Part shown: piece by piece, positions 7,522 to 16,523 of the stretch | Position numbering within the stretch: position 1 is the stretch's first letter | Layout of the letters: every line of letters starts with the position of its first letter | NCBI GenBank assembly: GCA_046757925.1 | Contig: JBHHZE010000005.1 | Span: 4,239 to 68,238 of the forward strand | Source: Gemmatimonadales bacterium | GTDB taxonomy: Bacteria; Gemmatimonadota; Gemmatimonadetes; Gemmatimonadales; GWC2-71-9 | Direction of reading: 5' to 3' | Length of the DNA stretch: 64,000 bases | Notes under the pieces: model-generated | The model's database searches: none | What the model was told of the DNA's origin: nothing | What the model saw: the letters and a program-made list of their open reading frames with translations, nothing else | Made by a program: the position numbers and the translations under genes

Positions 7522-10176
7522 TCAGACCGGCTGTGCCTCGCGGGCCTGACTCTGCGCGATGTGCAACGTGATCACTGGTGCCGCCAGCAAGATCAACATC
7601 AACACGCCCGACGTTACGATTCGCGCCTCGTTTCCCGTCACCATGGAAATGGTACTCGGCACAGCTGCGACGGTAAAGGTGGCGAACATGGTCACGACGA
7701 CCCCGTAGCGAACCACGCAGGCACCCAGCACTAGCAACGTAGCCGCGGTAGTCAACGGCGCGATGTCGCCTCCGATCATTGTCGACACGCTCGCCAGCAG
7801 ATAGACCGCCACCGGCAAGGCCACGGCCAGCGCGGGTGACTTGACCCACCGTATCAGAAAAGCGACGATCAACAAGATAGGCCAGGCGAACACCAAAGCG
7901 CTCGCCAATGACTCCGACCCTACGTCCAGAAACGGTAGGTACGTATCCAGCGTGTCGATGTACTGGAATCCGTCGCTCAAGGCGCCGCCGGGGTCGACAT
8001 CGACGAAAACCTGAGCGTACTCGATGCCGGCCAGTATGAATCCAACCAGATATCCCAGGTAGGCCCTGCCGATCAGCCCTCCGGTGCGGAGCATTCGCCG
8101 CGCACTTCCTCCCAATCCGATGAGCGCATGTGGCAAGCGCCGCCGCGCAAGGAGTTCTCCCGCCACCACCGCCAACGTGAAGAACCCGACGACCACCCCG
8201 AAGCCGATCACCGCTATTAGCAGGGTGCTTGTCAGCGAGACCGTCAGTGGCTGCGTCGCGGGTGCAGTTGCAAGGCTCGTGCGCCAGTTGTTGATCCCGG
8301 CAGTCAGCAGGAGACCCGACAGCAACCCGGTTATCATCAGCGCCATACGCCAGCGTATGGCGTACCTGCCCCGCTTGACCAGGGTGACGACGGCGACACC
8401 GCCCATGCCCAGGAATAGGATCACTCCGAGTACGAAGGAGCCGTCGGACCCCGAATCTCGCGATCGGGAGAACGCATCTGGCACTTCTACGTAATGCCGG
8501 TATCCGGTGACGTCATCTCCGAACACGTCGACGTGAAGCCGAACGGTACCGTTGGCATTGGTAGTGTCAGCCGCGAGCCAATCGATCTGTGGTTCGTGCA
8601 ATTCCCAGGTAAAGTGATGATCGGTGCGACTCGCCTGCTGTTGCTCGCGGGCCTCGACCAGGGTCAACGAGTCCGGATTCCATCCCCGTTCCACGAGAAA
8701 GGAATCCGCAATGGCTCGGGCTATCGCTGTTTCGTGCTTGGCTCCCGGGTCATCATCCTGAAGTTGGTGATTGAATTCGACAATGCTTCCGTTACCACCG
8801 ATACGGACGCGCCACACCTCGTTCTCTGGCGCTCGGAACCACCGGAGTTCCCAGCCGCCGACGGGCGTCGTTCCCATCGCCAGGCGATGGGCTTCTTCTC
8901 TGTCATATGTTTCGAGCAACATCTTGCGAGCGGTGCCGGCCCGGACGAATCGCATGCCCTCGGTGAATGCACCCGCAGCACCGTGTTGCGTCAGGAAATC
9001 GCGTCCGGTTGCCAATGCCTCCGCTGTCTCGATCTCCGGCGTGTCGATGGCGATCTGGTTCTCGTAAGGATAGAGGACGAGTATGCCGACTAGCGATGCA
9101 AGACCGAGCACCGCGACACCGGATGCTTCGAGCCTGTCGAGCGGCGGGAAATCCCGCGGAACCGCATCCAGTGAGATCGTCGTTGGCGGCTTGTGTGCAT
9201 GAGAGGCCTCGACAACGCTCATGAAATCAGCGACGGAGTTCCACCGGTCGAGGGGTTCTTTTTCGAGACAGCGCATTACGGCCTGCGCGAGGGGCTTTGG
9301 GACATCGGGTGCTACCGACCGGAGGTCCGTGGGTCTCGTCGTCAGGTGGTGTACGATCAGCTGTTGTGCGCTGCTCTCTCCGAACGGAGGCACGCCCGCC
9401 AGCATTTGGTAGGCGACCACGCCCAGCGAGTAAATGTCGGATCGATGATCCAAATTGTGGCTACCGCTGGCCTGTTCCGGGCTCATGTATTGAGGGGTGC
9501 CGATGACAACGCCAGTCCCGGTCAGCGAGCCGGTCTGCTGTGTTGCTTTGGCAATGCCGAAGTCCATGAGGAGGACGCGCCGTTCCCCTCCCTCGAGGAA
9601 TATGTTCTCGGGCTTGATGTCGCGGTGGATGATTCCGGCCTCGTGCGCCGTAGATAACGCGGACGCGGTTTCGAGTACGATGCGCCTAACCTCCGGTACC
9701 GGAAGGCGTCCCTCTCGCCGCAATCGATCCGCAAGAGTCTCGCCCTTGATGTGAGGCATGACAAAATAGGCGAGGCCCTCGGCCTCACCCAGGGCGTAGA
9801 TGGGTACGATGTTGGGATGTCTGAGTTGCGCCACGGCCTCCGCCTCTCGTTGGAAGCGTCCGAGCAGTTCGGGGGTCGGAAACAGGTCGAACCGCATCGC
9901 CTTGATGGCAACCTCGCGCTTCAGACGCAGGTCACGGGCCGCGTACACTGTCCCGAAACCTCCGCTGCCGATTACATCGGTGAGCTGATAGGCGTCTCCC
10001 AATGATGCCTGGAGCTTCTCGCGGTATGTCTGCTCGTCCGATGTCGGGTCGACCGGAGTTCGGTCTAGGCCGGACTCCTGGCTGATCTGGGTAGGGGTTG
10101 CCGCGCCACATCCGGAGCAGAACGATGCGTTCGGCGGAATCGGAGTCTGGCACGACTGACAGACGGCGCCGGCCAT
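7522..10176 (-). CDS. Zinc-ribbon Ser/Thr kinase fused to an extracytoplasmic domain and a C-terminal polytopic membrane domain
   Basis: Zinc ribbon CQSCQTPIPPNASFCSGCG, then GSGGFGTVYAA, VAIKAM, HRDIKPENIF, DFGIAK and YMSPEQ. A TM segment and a domain of about 250 aa follow, and then roughly 8 hydrophobic helices run to the C-terminus. Confidence 0.9.
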   Translation of the reverse strand: MAGAVCQSCQTPIPPNASFCSGCGAATPTQISQESGLDRTPVDPTSDEQTYREKLQASLGDAYQLTDVIGSGGFGTVYAARDLRLKREVAIKAMRFDLFPTPELLGRFQREAEAVAQLRHPNIVPIYALGEAEGLAYFVMPHIKGETLADRLRREGRLPVPEVRRIVLETASALSTAHEAGIIHRDIKPENIFLEGGERRVLLMDFGIAKATQQTGSLTGTGVVIGTPQYMSPEQASGSHNLDHRSDIYSLGVVAYQMLAGVPPFGESSAQQLIVHHLTTRPTDLRSVAPDVPKPLAQAVMRCLEKEPLDRWNSVADFMSVVEASHAHKPPTTISLDAVPRDFPPLDRLEASGVAVLGLASLVGILVLYPYENQIAIDTPEIETAEALATGRDFLTQHGAAGAFTEGMRFVRAGTARKMLLETYDREEAHRLAMGTTPVGGWELRWFRAPENEVWRVRIGGNGSIVEFNHQLQDDDPGAKHETAIARAIADSFLVERGWNPDSLTLVEAREQQQASRTDHHFTWELHEPQIDWLAADTTNANGTVRLHVDVFGDDVTGYRHYVEVPDAFSRSRDSGSDGSFVLGVILFLGMGGVAVVTLVKRGRYAIRWRMALMITGLLSGLLLTAGINNWRTSLATAPATQPLTVSLTSTLLIAVIGFGVVVGFFTLAVVAGELLARRRLPHALIGLGGSARRMLRTGGLIGRAYLGYLVGFILAGIEYAQVFVDVDPGGALSDGFQYIDTLDTYLPFLDVGSESLASALVFAWPILLIVAFLIRWVKSPALAVALPVAVYLLASVSTMIGGDIAPLTTAATLLVLGACVVRYGVVVTMFATFTVAAVPSTISMVTGNEARIVTSGVLMLILLAAPVITLHIAQSQAREAQPV

Positions 10177-10353
10177 TGGGTCTCCAGTGAGAGTTGTTCG
10201 CTAGAAATACCTCCTAGTGAGCATGAGTGCAAGGCCCGGAGCAGGACATGTTACTCGCGCAGAGCGCTGCAATGTTCCATCTTTGTTGCCGCACTAGAAC
10301 GACTACAATTTCGCCCCGCAACTGATGGATCTAACACCCACGGAGTGGTACCC

Positions 10354-12543
10354 ATGCGAGAATCACCGAGAGTCTCTGCACTGCTCGTGACAATGGTTGG
10401 GGCAGCGGCAGTTGTGTCGGCCGCACATGCTCAAACCCGTCCCTTCAATGCCGAGGATATGCTGGACGTCGTACGGATCAGTGGGCGGATCGCCCTGTCT
10501 CCGACGGGTGACAGGTTGGCCTATGTGCTGCCGGATCTGGCCGACGAGTGGAACGTGTACGAGCGATTGCAGGTTGGGACAGTACACGTGCAGAGGATAT
10601 CGCACTCCGGCGCCGGCCAAGCGGAGCCGCTCGGCCCGTCGGGGCAGAGGAGCTCGTTCCCGGCGTTTTCGCCAGACGGCGCCAACCTAGCGTTCTATGT
10701 AGAGCGGCCCAGGGGTGGACAGTTGGCCGTTTGGAACGCCCGCACCGGCAAGGTGCGCGTTCTGGGCGCTTCCTTCTCGGGCAAACCGTTTGCCGCGCCC
10801 CAGTGGGCTGGACCTGGCCGCATCATCTATGCGCGACCTACGGCATCCGATCCCAAACCCCAGGTGCCCCGCGTAACCGTCATGCACAGCACCGACGAGG
10901 TTCTGCCGGGCGACGCGTTCTTTGCCAACCGTCGGCGGGCGGGACTTGCCGTCATTGACATTGAAACGGGTGTAGCACGTACGCTCCTCGACGATCGTGA
11001 GCCGCTTAGAAGATTCGAAGTTTCACCAGACGGTCGTCGTGTTCTGGCTGCCCTGCCCTCATCCGAGACCGCGGGTGTGTATCGCCGGGAGGTGAATGGG
11101 ACACTCGTGTGGTCTTTGGATTCGGAAAGCGACGGCCGCAAGATCGCGGCCGGCGGCGAGCGCATTTCGTGGCTGCCGGACGGGCGTTTGTTCTGGCGTA
11201 GCAAGGGACGGTTGGTGACGCTGGATGCCGATCGACCGGGCCCGGCCGAGGGTGGTGAGCCAGAGCCGTTCATGGAGAATTTGAAGACAGCCATAACCCG
11301 GTTGGTCTGGTCGCCGGACGGCAAACGCTTTGTGAGCCTGGTACGCGATCCCTCGTTGACTGATCCGGAGATCGAGCCACCCAAACCCAACATGTTCACG
11401 ATCGCGCGGCCGTTCATGGATCTCTATCTCATGTCACGATCGGGTGATGCTCTCACGAATCTTACGTCAGAGATCGATGACCAAATAAGTGATCCTGTTT
11501 GGAGCGTGGACGGTTCGGCGCTGTTCTTCCGTGCGATCGATAACGCTACGTACGACGAGACCATCTACCGTTACGACTTGAAGCGTCAGCGATTGTCGCC
11601 GGTGGCGCGCGGCGAAGAGTCGTATAGCAATCTGATGGCGGTGCCGGGCGGACTGCTCGTCACGATCCAATCGGCTACCACGCCCGGTGACGTATGGCGC
11701 ATCGACGCCGCGAACGGGAAGCGCGTCCGAGTAACGGAACTGAATCCACAGCTCAGGCACTTCGCCTTCAGCAGGCCGGAGCTGTTTCACTTTCACAACG
11801 GTGATGGCGAACGTTTGGGGGCCCTGCTGTACAAGCCGACCGGCGTAACTGGTGATACAGGCATCCCTGTCATAACCTACGTCTACGAAAAACTCACGCC
11901 CGGGATCCACCGTTTTAGCGCCCGGCATCAGATCTTCGCAACGCACGGCTATGCGGTGTTGATGCCCAATGTGAAAGTAAAGGTGGGCGAGACCGGAACG
12001 TCTTTCGTCAAGACTGTGGTGCCTGCCGTGAACGCCGTGAGGGCGATGGGGTTCACCAACGACAGATTCTGTCTCTGGGGTGGCAGCTTTGGGGCCTACG
12101 CGACGTCTTACGTGATCACACAGACGAATATTTTCAGTTGTGCCGTATCTCGTGCGACGCCGCCGGAACTGTTTCGTAACTGGGCCAGCGGGCGCGACCG
12201 CGATTCCGACAACATTGAGCGTGGTCAGGCGCGGATGGGAGGGAGTCCGTTCGAAGTGATGGAGCGCTACTTGTCGCAGTCGGCGTTTTTTCACCTGGAC
12301 AAAGTCGAGACGCCAGTGCTATTGATGCACGGAGTGAAGGACTACACGATCCTCTATGGCGAGGGCGAGATGATGTTCTACGCTCTCAGAAGGTTGGGGA
12401 AGAAGGCGACCTTGGTGAGCTACCGCGATGGCGATCACAGCCTTTCGCGACACTCGCGCCAAGACACCATCGACGTGCACCGCCGTATGCTAGAATGGTT
12501 CAACAAGTATCTGCGGCCGGATGGAGGGGTGCAGACGCGCTAG
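10354..12543 (+). CDS. S9 family (prolyl oligopeptidase / acylaminoacyl peptidase-like) serine peptidase with N-terminal beta-propeller
   Basis: ATG 10354 has GGAG 8 nt upstream. Signal peptide MRESPRVSALLVTMVGAAAVVSAAHAQ. PD40-like blades FSPDGANLAF and WSPDGKRFVS. Catalytic motifs are WGGSFGAY (GxSxG), HGVKDYT and DGDHSL. Confidence 0.88.
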   Translation: MRESPRVSALLVTMVGAAAVVSAAHAQTRPFNAEDMLDVVRISGRIALSPTGDRLAYVLPDLADEWNVYERLQVGTVHVQRISHSGAGQAEPLGPSGQRSSFPAFSPDGANLAFYVERPRGGQLAVWNARTGKVRVLGASFSGKPFAAPQWAGPGRIIYARPTASDPKPQVPRVTVMHSTDEVLPGDAFFANRRRAGLAVIDIETGVARTLLDDREPLRRFEVSPDGRRVLAALPSSETAGVYRREVNGTLVWSLDSESDGRKIAAGGERISWLPDGRLFWRSKGRLVTLDADRPGPAEGGEPEPFMENLKTAITRLVWSPDGKRFVSLVRDPSLTDPEIEPPKPNMFTIARPFMDLYLMSRSGDALTNLTSEIDDQISDPVWSVDGSALFFRAIDNATYDETIYRYDLKRQRLSPVARGEESYSNLMAVPGGLLVTIQSATTPGDVWRIDAANGKRVRVTELNPQLRHFAFSRPELFHFHNGDGERLGALLYKPTGVTGDTGIPVITYVYEKLTPGIHRFSARHQIFATHGYAVLMPNVKVKVGETGTSFVKTVVPAVNAVRAMGFTNDRFCLWGGSFGAYATSYVITQTNIFSCAVSRATPPELFRNWASGRDRDSDNIERGQARMGGSPFEVMERYLSQSAFFHLDKVETPVLLMHGVKDYTILYGEGEMMFYALRRLGKKATLVSYRDGDHSLSRHSRQDTIDVHRRMLEWFNKYLRPDGGVQTR

Positions 12544-12590
12544 TGGGTAACTCCCCGGCAGCGCGGCTATGAACGTGTCAAGTGATGCGA

Positions 12591-12773
12591 TCAATTACAG
12601 TTTGTCGTCTCCCGAAAATAGCGCCTCCCGTCGAGAAAGAGTTTCGTACCGTCGTGTGTAACGGTGTAGCTGGCGATGCGTCCGTCGTTATACTCGAGGA
12701 CCAGTGTACCGTTCTCGAGGTCTCCCGATACCTTCCACATGCCTCCATTGCGCGAGAGGCCTTCGCTTCGCAT
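12591..12773 (-). CDS. Small ORF or C-terminal gene fragment (60 aa)
   Basis: MRSEGLSRNGGMWKVSGDLENGTLVLEYNDGRIASYTVTHDGTKLFLDGRRYFRE looks protein-like. The frame opens only 12 codons upstream of the ATG and overlaps the junk-like tail of the NDH-2 fragment. Confidence 0.25.
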   Translation of the reverse strand: MRSEGLSRNGGMWKVSGDLENGTLVLEYNDGRIASYTVTHDGTKLFLDGRRYFRETTNCN

Positions 12774-13455
12774 TACGAGGAACTGACTTCCTTGTTCCTC
12801 GATTTCGCGTCACGTAGCTCCACGCCCACTGAATGAAAACGAGGAGTCGGCTCTCGAACTCCACCAGATACATCAAGTGGACGAACAGCCACAGCAACCA
12901 AGCGGGATAGCCCGAGAACCTCAACTTGCCGAAGTCGGCCACGGCCGCCGCACGCCCGATCGTTGCAAGCTGTCCCTTGTCGGAATAACCGAACCCAGCC
13001 AGCGTCCTGCCGCGCAGCCGCGCTTTGATGAGCCTTGCTACGTAACGCCCCCGAGCCATCGCCACCGGCGCGATCCCGGGGAGCGGCTGGCCGGTTTGGT
13101 GCGAGAAGTTGGCGAGATCTCCTATGACGAATACCTCCGGGTGGCCCGGAATGCTGAGATCGGACTGTACAATCACTCGTCCCATTCGGTCCAGCGCCGC
13201 TCCAGTGTGTTGAGAGATCGCCTCGCCTAGTGGCGAAGCGGCTACTCCTGCCGCCCAGAGCGGTGTCCGGCTTCGTATTCGTTCTTCCAGGTCACCGTGG
13301 CGCACGGTCACGGCGTCTTCGACGATATCGGTGACCAAGGTCTCGGTCCTAACCGTTACACCGAGTCGCTCGAGGGATTGAGTCGCTTTCTTCGAGAGAT
13401 CTCTTGGGTAGAGGGGTAGCACCCGGTTTCCACTACGAGCCGGCCAGGCTGGCAT
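12688..13455 (-). pseudogene. ndh: Type II NADH dehydrogenase (NDH-2) fragment lacking about 200 N-terminal codons and with a non-homologous tail
   Basis: The fragment begins mid-domain (RVLPLYPRDLSKKATQSLERLGVTVRT). It contains VFVIGDLANF, GIAPVAMARGRYVA, KGQLATIGRAAAVADFG and FIQWAWSYVTRNRG. There is no N-terminal GxGxxG Rossmann motif and no room for one upstream. The sequence after RNRG turns Arg-rich and junk-like. Confidence 0.6.
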
Positions 13456-13555
13456 GGTGACCGTTTATATGGGGTACGATCACAAACACGGCGGTAGGGT
13501 CGCGGTCAAGCTGCGTCCCGCACTCGGCTATGCCGGGCGGTGAGCGCTTCCTGAC
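13445..13555 (+). pseudogene. Relic of about 100 bp from a Hanks kinase N-lobe
   Basis: The plus-strand frame reads AGQAGMVTVYMGYDHKHGGRVAVKLRPALGYAGR*, with GGERFL in the next frame. This parallels the GxGGMGTVY...VAVKVLRPEL...ERFL pattern of the intact kinases in this window. Confidence 0.3.
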
Positions 13556-13693
13556 TCTCCCGTCTCCCTTTACCTTTCGTGCGGGACCAGAGGAGTAGCT
13601 GTGTACAAAACCCGCTGCCTCCGCGCTAGCAGATCGAGATGCGCGTGATCATTGGGTAGTTCAAAGAACTTGAGCGGCATCGTTGATGTCGTT

Positions 13694-14845
13694 ATGTGGT
13701 CGATGAATGGACCGGTGCCTTGGTCTCGATTCCTTGTGTTCCTCTGGGCACCGTGTGCAGCGGCCCAAGATGGTCCAGCACGTTCATTTCTCTTCAAAGA
13801 AGTGGTCCTTTCGGGCTTCTATTCGTTCGATGGAGTTTCCGGGCTGCCGATGGGCGACCTCACCAAGGACCATTTCGAGATTTCGCCTAGGCCGCCCAGC
13901 AACTACGTAGGCTTGGACTACGTGAAGACCTTCACGTCCTCATCGACAATCAACAAGATGCTGCCGCGTTGGTTACCGGCAAGTGCTGTGGATCTCCACC
14001 CACGCATAGTCTACGATCGCGCCGAGGAAAACGACGGTTTGGAGCCGATCGAGTTTGCCCCCCAGGACTTTTGGCTCAGGCTGAACCCCGGTGGAGCGGA
14101 CCGCTTGACGCTACGCATCGGGCAGTTCGTGATCCCCTTTGGCGCCAACCCAATCAGGGCTCCACGGCAACGCTTCCAGCTTCCCGTCGAAGCAACGGAT
14201 TTGGGACTGAAATGGGACTGGGGTCTCGAGCTGAAAGGTCCGCTAGGTAAGTACGACTGGGAAATTGCCCTGACTACCGGATTCGGTGAGGCTCTACATA
14301 CACCCCATCTGTTCACGGGGTCGGATCGCGCAAGCTATCTGGTCACGGGTCGCATAGGCGCCCCCACATACTGGGACTTCCAGAACGGATTCTCTTTCCT
14401 GGTGGGCGAACTTCCCACAATCATGGGCGCTAGGCTGGTGAGCGACATTGCGATCTCACGTTGGCGCCTGGGGTATGACGTTTTCTACAAGTACGGCACT
14501 TATCTGATGCTCGGCGGCCAGGTGACCTATGGACAGGACGGGTTTGCCGGAGACGAAGAGTTCGTCGCGGTCACCGGTGGGGAGACTGCGGACGTGTTGA
14601 GCGGACGAGTGTGGGCCGATTGGGTGGTACCGACCTATCAGGATGTACGCCTGGGCGTTCAGTTCGAATCGGTCCGTCGTGATGTGCCGTCGTCGGGGTC
14701 TGACGACACGGCGCTGAGTTTCGAGGTCGGATATTCGCTGACGACTGCAATCACCGCGAAGCTGGACTACCGCGAAGAGTTCAACAGATCAGTTGGGAAG
14801 GAGAATGATGCCATATATCTCACGGTCGTTGTGTACGGCCGCTAA
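13694..14845 (+). CDS. Putative outer-membrane beta-barrel (porin-like) protein
   Basis: ATG 13694 gives the signal peptide MWSMNGPVPWSRFLVFLWAPCAAAQD. Alternating amphipathic strands appear throughout (LTLRIGQFVIPFG, WDWGLELKG, YDWEIALTTGFG, LSFEVGYSL, AKLDYREEF, IYLTVVVYGR). Confidence 0.6.
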   Translation: MWSMNGPVPWSRFLVFLWAPCAAAQDGPARSFLFKEVVLSGFYSFDGVSGLPMGDLTKDHFEISPRPPSNYVGLDYVKTFTSSSTINKMLPRWLPASAVDLHPRIVYDRAEENDGLEPIEFAPQDFWLRLNPGGADRLTLRIGQFVIPFGANPIRAPRQRFQLPVEATDLGLKWDWGLELKGPLGKYDWEIALTTGFGEALHTPHLFTGSDRASYLVTGRIGAPTYWDFQNGFSFLVGELPTIMGARLVSDIAISRWRLGYDVFYKYGTYLMLGGQVTYGQDGFAGDEEFVAVTGGETADVLSGRVWADWVVPTYQDVRLGVQFESVRRDVPSSGSDDTALSFEVGYSLTTAITAKLDYREEFNRSVGKENDAIYLTVVVYGR

Positions 14846-14852
14846 GATCGGG

Positions 14853-16523
14853 ATGCGGCGCTGCCGCTCGTACGCCTTCGCGGTCTCGATTGCGATCGTC
14901 GGGGTCATGCTGGCTAGGCCGGCCGTTGGGCAAACTGGGACACCTCCAACATTTACGGATGTTGCGCGATCCGCCGGTATCGACTTCCATCACAACTTCG
15001 GTGCGAAGGCGCTCGAGAGCATATTGATGACCACGGGGAGCGGCGCTGCGCTGTTCGACTACGACAACGACGGCTGGCTCGACGCGTTTCTGGTGAACGG
15101 GACCAATCTGGCACCCAAGGGAAAAACCGCGGCCACATATCACGCTCTGTTCCACAATCGTGGCGACGGCACATTTGCCGATGTCACCAAGGCGGCCGGC
15201 ATCCTCGAGGCGACTTATGGCCAAGGATGTGCCGTCGCGGATTATGATGGTGACGGTTTTGTCGATCTCTATATCACCAACCATGGCCCCAACCAGCTCT
15301 ACAGAAACCGCGGCGACGGAACGTTTGAGGATGTCACCGTCCACTCTGGGACGGGAGACGCCCACTGGAGCACGGGAGCGGTATTCTTCGACTACGATGG
15401 CGATGGAGATCTCGATCTCTACGTGTCAAACTACGTACGGTTCAAGAGCGACATGGGAGGTGTGCACTCGTCGGCGCTGTCCAAGCGAGACGGTTTCGCG
15501 CTTTTTCCCGGCCCGCGCGATTACGAGCCCGAGAGTGACATCCTCTATCGAAACAACGGGAACGGCACCTTCACTGACGTGTCCCGGGAAGCCGGTCTCA
15601 GTACCGGGGGTAAGGGACTCACCGTCGTTGCATCCGACTTCGACGATGACGGCGATCAAGATCTCTTTGTCGCCAACGATGCTACGCGCAATTTCCTCTA
15701 TGAGAACAAAGGCGGCAGTTTTGTTGAAGTAGCGGTGCAGGCGGGGGTCGCGGTCGGCCCCGATGGCGCCGAAACGGCCGCGATGGGTGTCGATGTTGCC
15801 GACGTCGACGGTGACGGCGACCTAGACCTCTACGTGACGAATATGGTCTTCGAATTCAACAATCTGTACCTGAACCAGGGAAAGTTCCTGTTTCAAGACG
15901 GTACGAGAAGACTGGGGCTGGACAAGGACAACTATCGCCACGTGGGTTGGGCCACGCATTTCGAAGATTTCAACAACGACGGATACATCGATGTCTTTGT
16001 GGCCAATGGCCACGTTGTCGATTACGTGGAAGGGTTTTCTCAGAGCATTACCTACCCGCAGCAGAACATGCTCTTCCTTGGAAATGAGCGGGGACGCTTC
16101 AAGAGCGTAGGCAATAAAGCGGGGAGAGATTTCCGCAGAAAAACCGTCAGTCGCGGGGCAGCCTTCGGAGACTACGACAACGACGGTGACGTCGATATCC
16201 TCATCGCGAATTCGGGTGGCCGGGCTCAACTCTTGAGAAATGACACCCCGAAGAGCGATCGCTGGCTCGCGGTCCGTCTCAAAGGTCGCGCCCCCAATAC
16301 CGGTGCGATCGGGGCCAAGGTGAAAGTACGGTTCGGGAGTCGAGAGATTGTTTCGGAAGTCCGCTACGCAGGATCGTATCTGAGTAGCAGCGATCCCACG
16401 CTGCACGTCGGTCTCAGACCCGGCGAGGTCGAGGGCACGGTGGAGGTCACGTGGCCGTCGGGAACAAACTCGACTCACAGTGTACGCGCTGGTAGGTTGG
16501 TGGTCATTGAAGAGCCGCGTTAG
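14853..16523 (+). CDS. CRTAC1-family protein (FG-GAP/VCBS repeats plus ASPIC/UnbV C-terminal domain)
   Basis: ATG 14853 lies 7 nt after the preceding stop. Repeated DYDNDGWLD, DYDGDGFVDLY, DYDGDGDLDLY, DFDDDGDQDLF, DVDGDGDLDLY and DYDNDGDVDIL motifs. The C-terminal YAGSYLSSSDPTLHVGL resembles UnbV_ASPIC. Confidence 0.88.
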   Translation: MRRCRSYAFAVSIAIVGVMLARPAVGQTGTPPTFTDVARSAGIDFHHNFGAKALESILMTTGSGAALFDYDNDGWLDAFLVNGTNLAPKGKTAATYHALFHNRGDGTFADVTKAAGILEATYGQGCAVADYDGDGFVDLYITNHGPNQLYRNRGDGTFEDVTVHSGTGDAHWSTGAVFFDYDGDGDLDLYVSNYVRFKSDMGGVHSSALSKRDGFALFPGPRDYEPESDILYRNNGNGTFTDVSREAGLSTGGKGLTVVASDFDDDGDQDLFVANDATRNFLYENKGGSFVEVAVQAGVAVGPDGAETAAMGVDVADVDGDGDLDLYVTNMVFEFNNLYLNQGKFLFQDGTRRLGLDKDNYRHVGWATHFEDFNNDGYIDVFVANGHVVDYVEGFSQSITYPQQNMLFLGNERGRFKSVGNKAGRDFRRKTVSRGAAFGDYDNDGDVDILIANSGGRAQLLRNDTPKSDRWLAVRLKGRAPNTGAIGAKVKVRFGSREIVSEVRYAGSYLSSSDPTLHVGLRPGEVEGTVEVTWPSGTNSTHSVRAGRLVVIEEPR

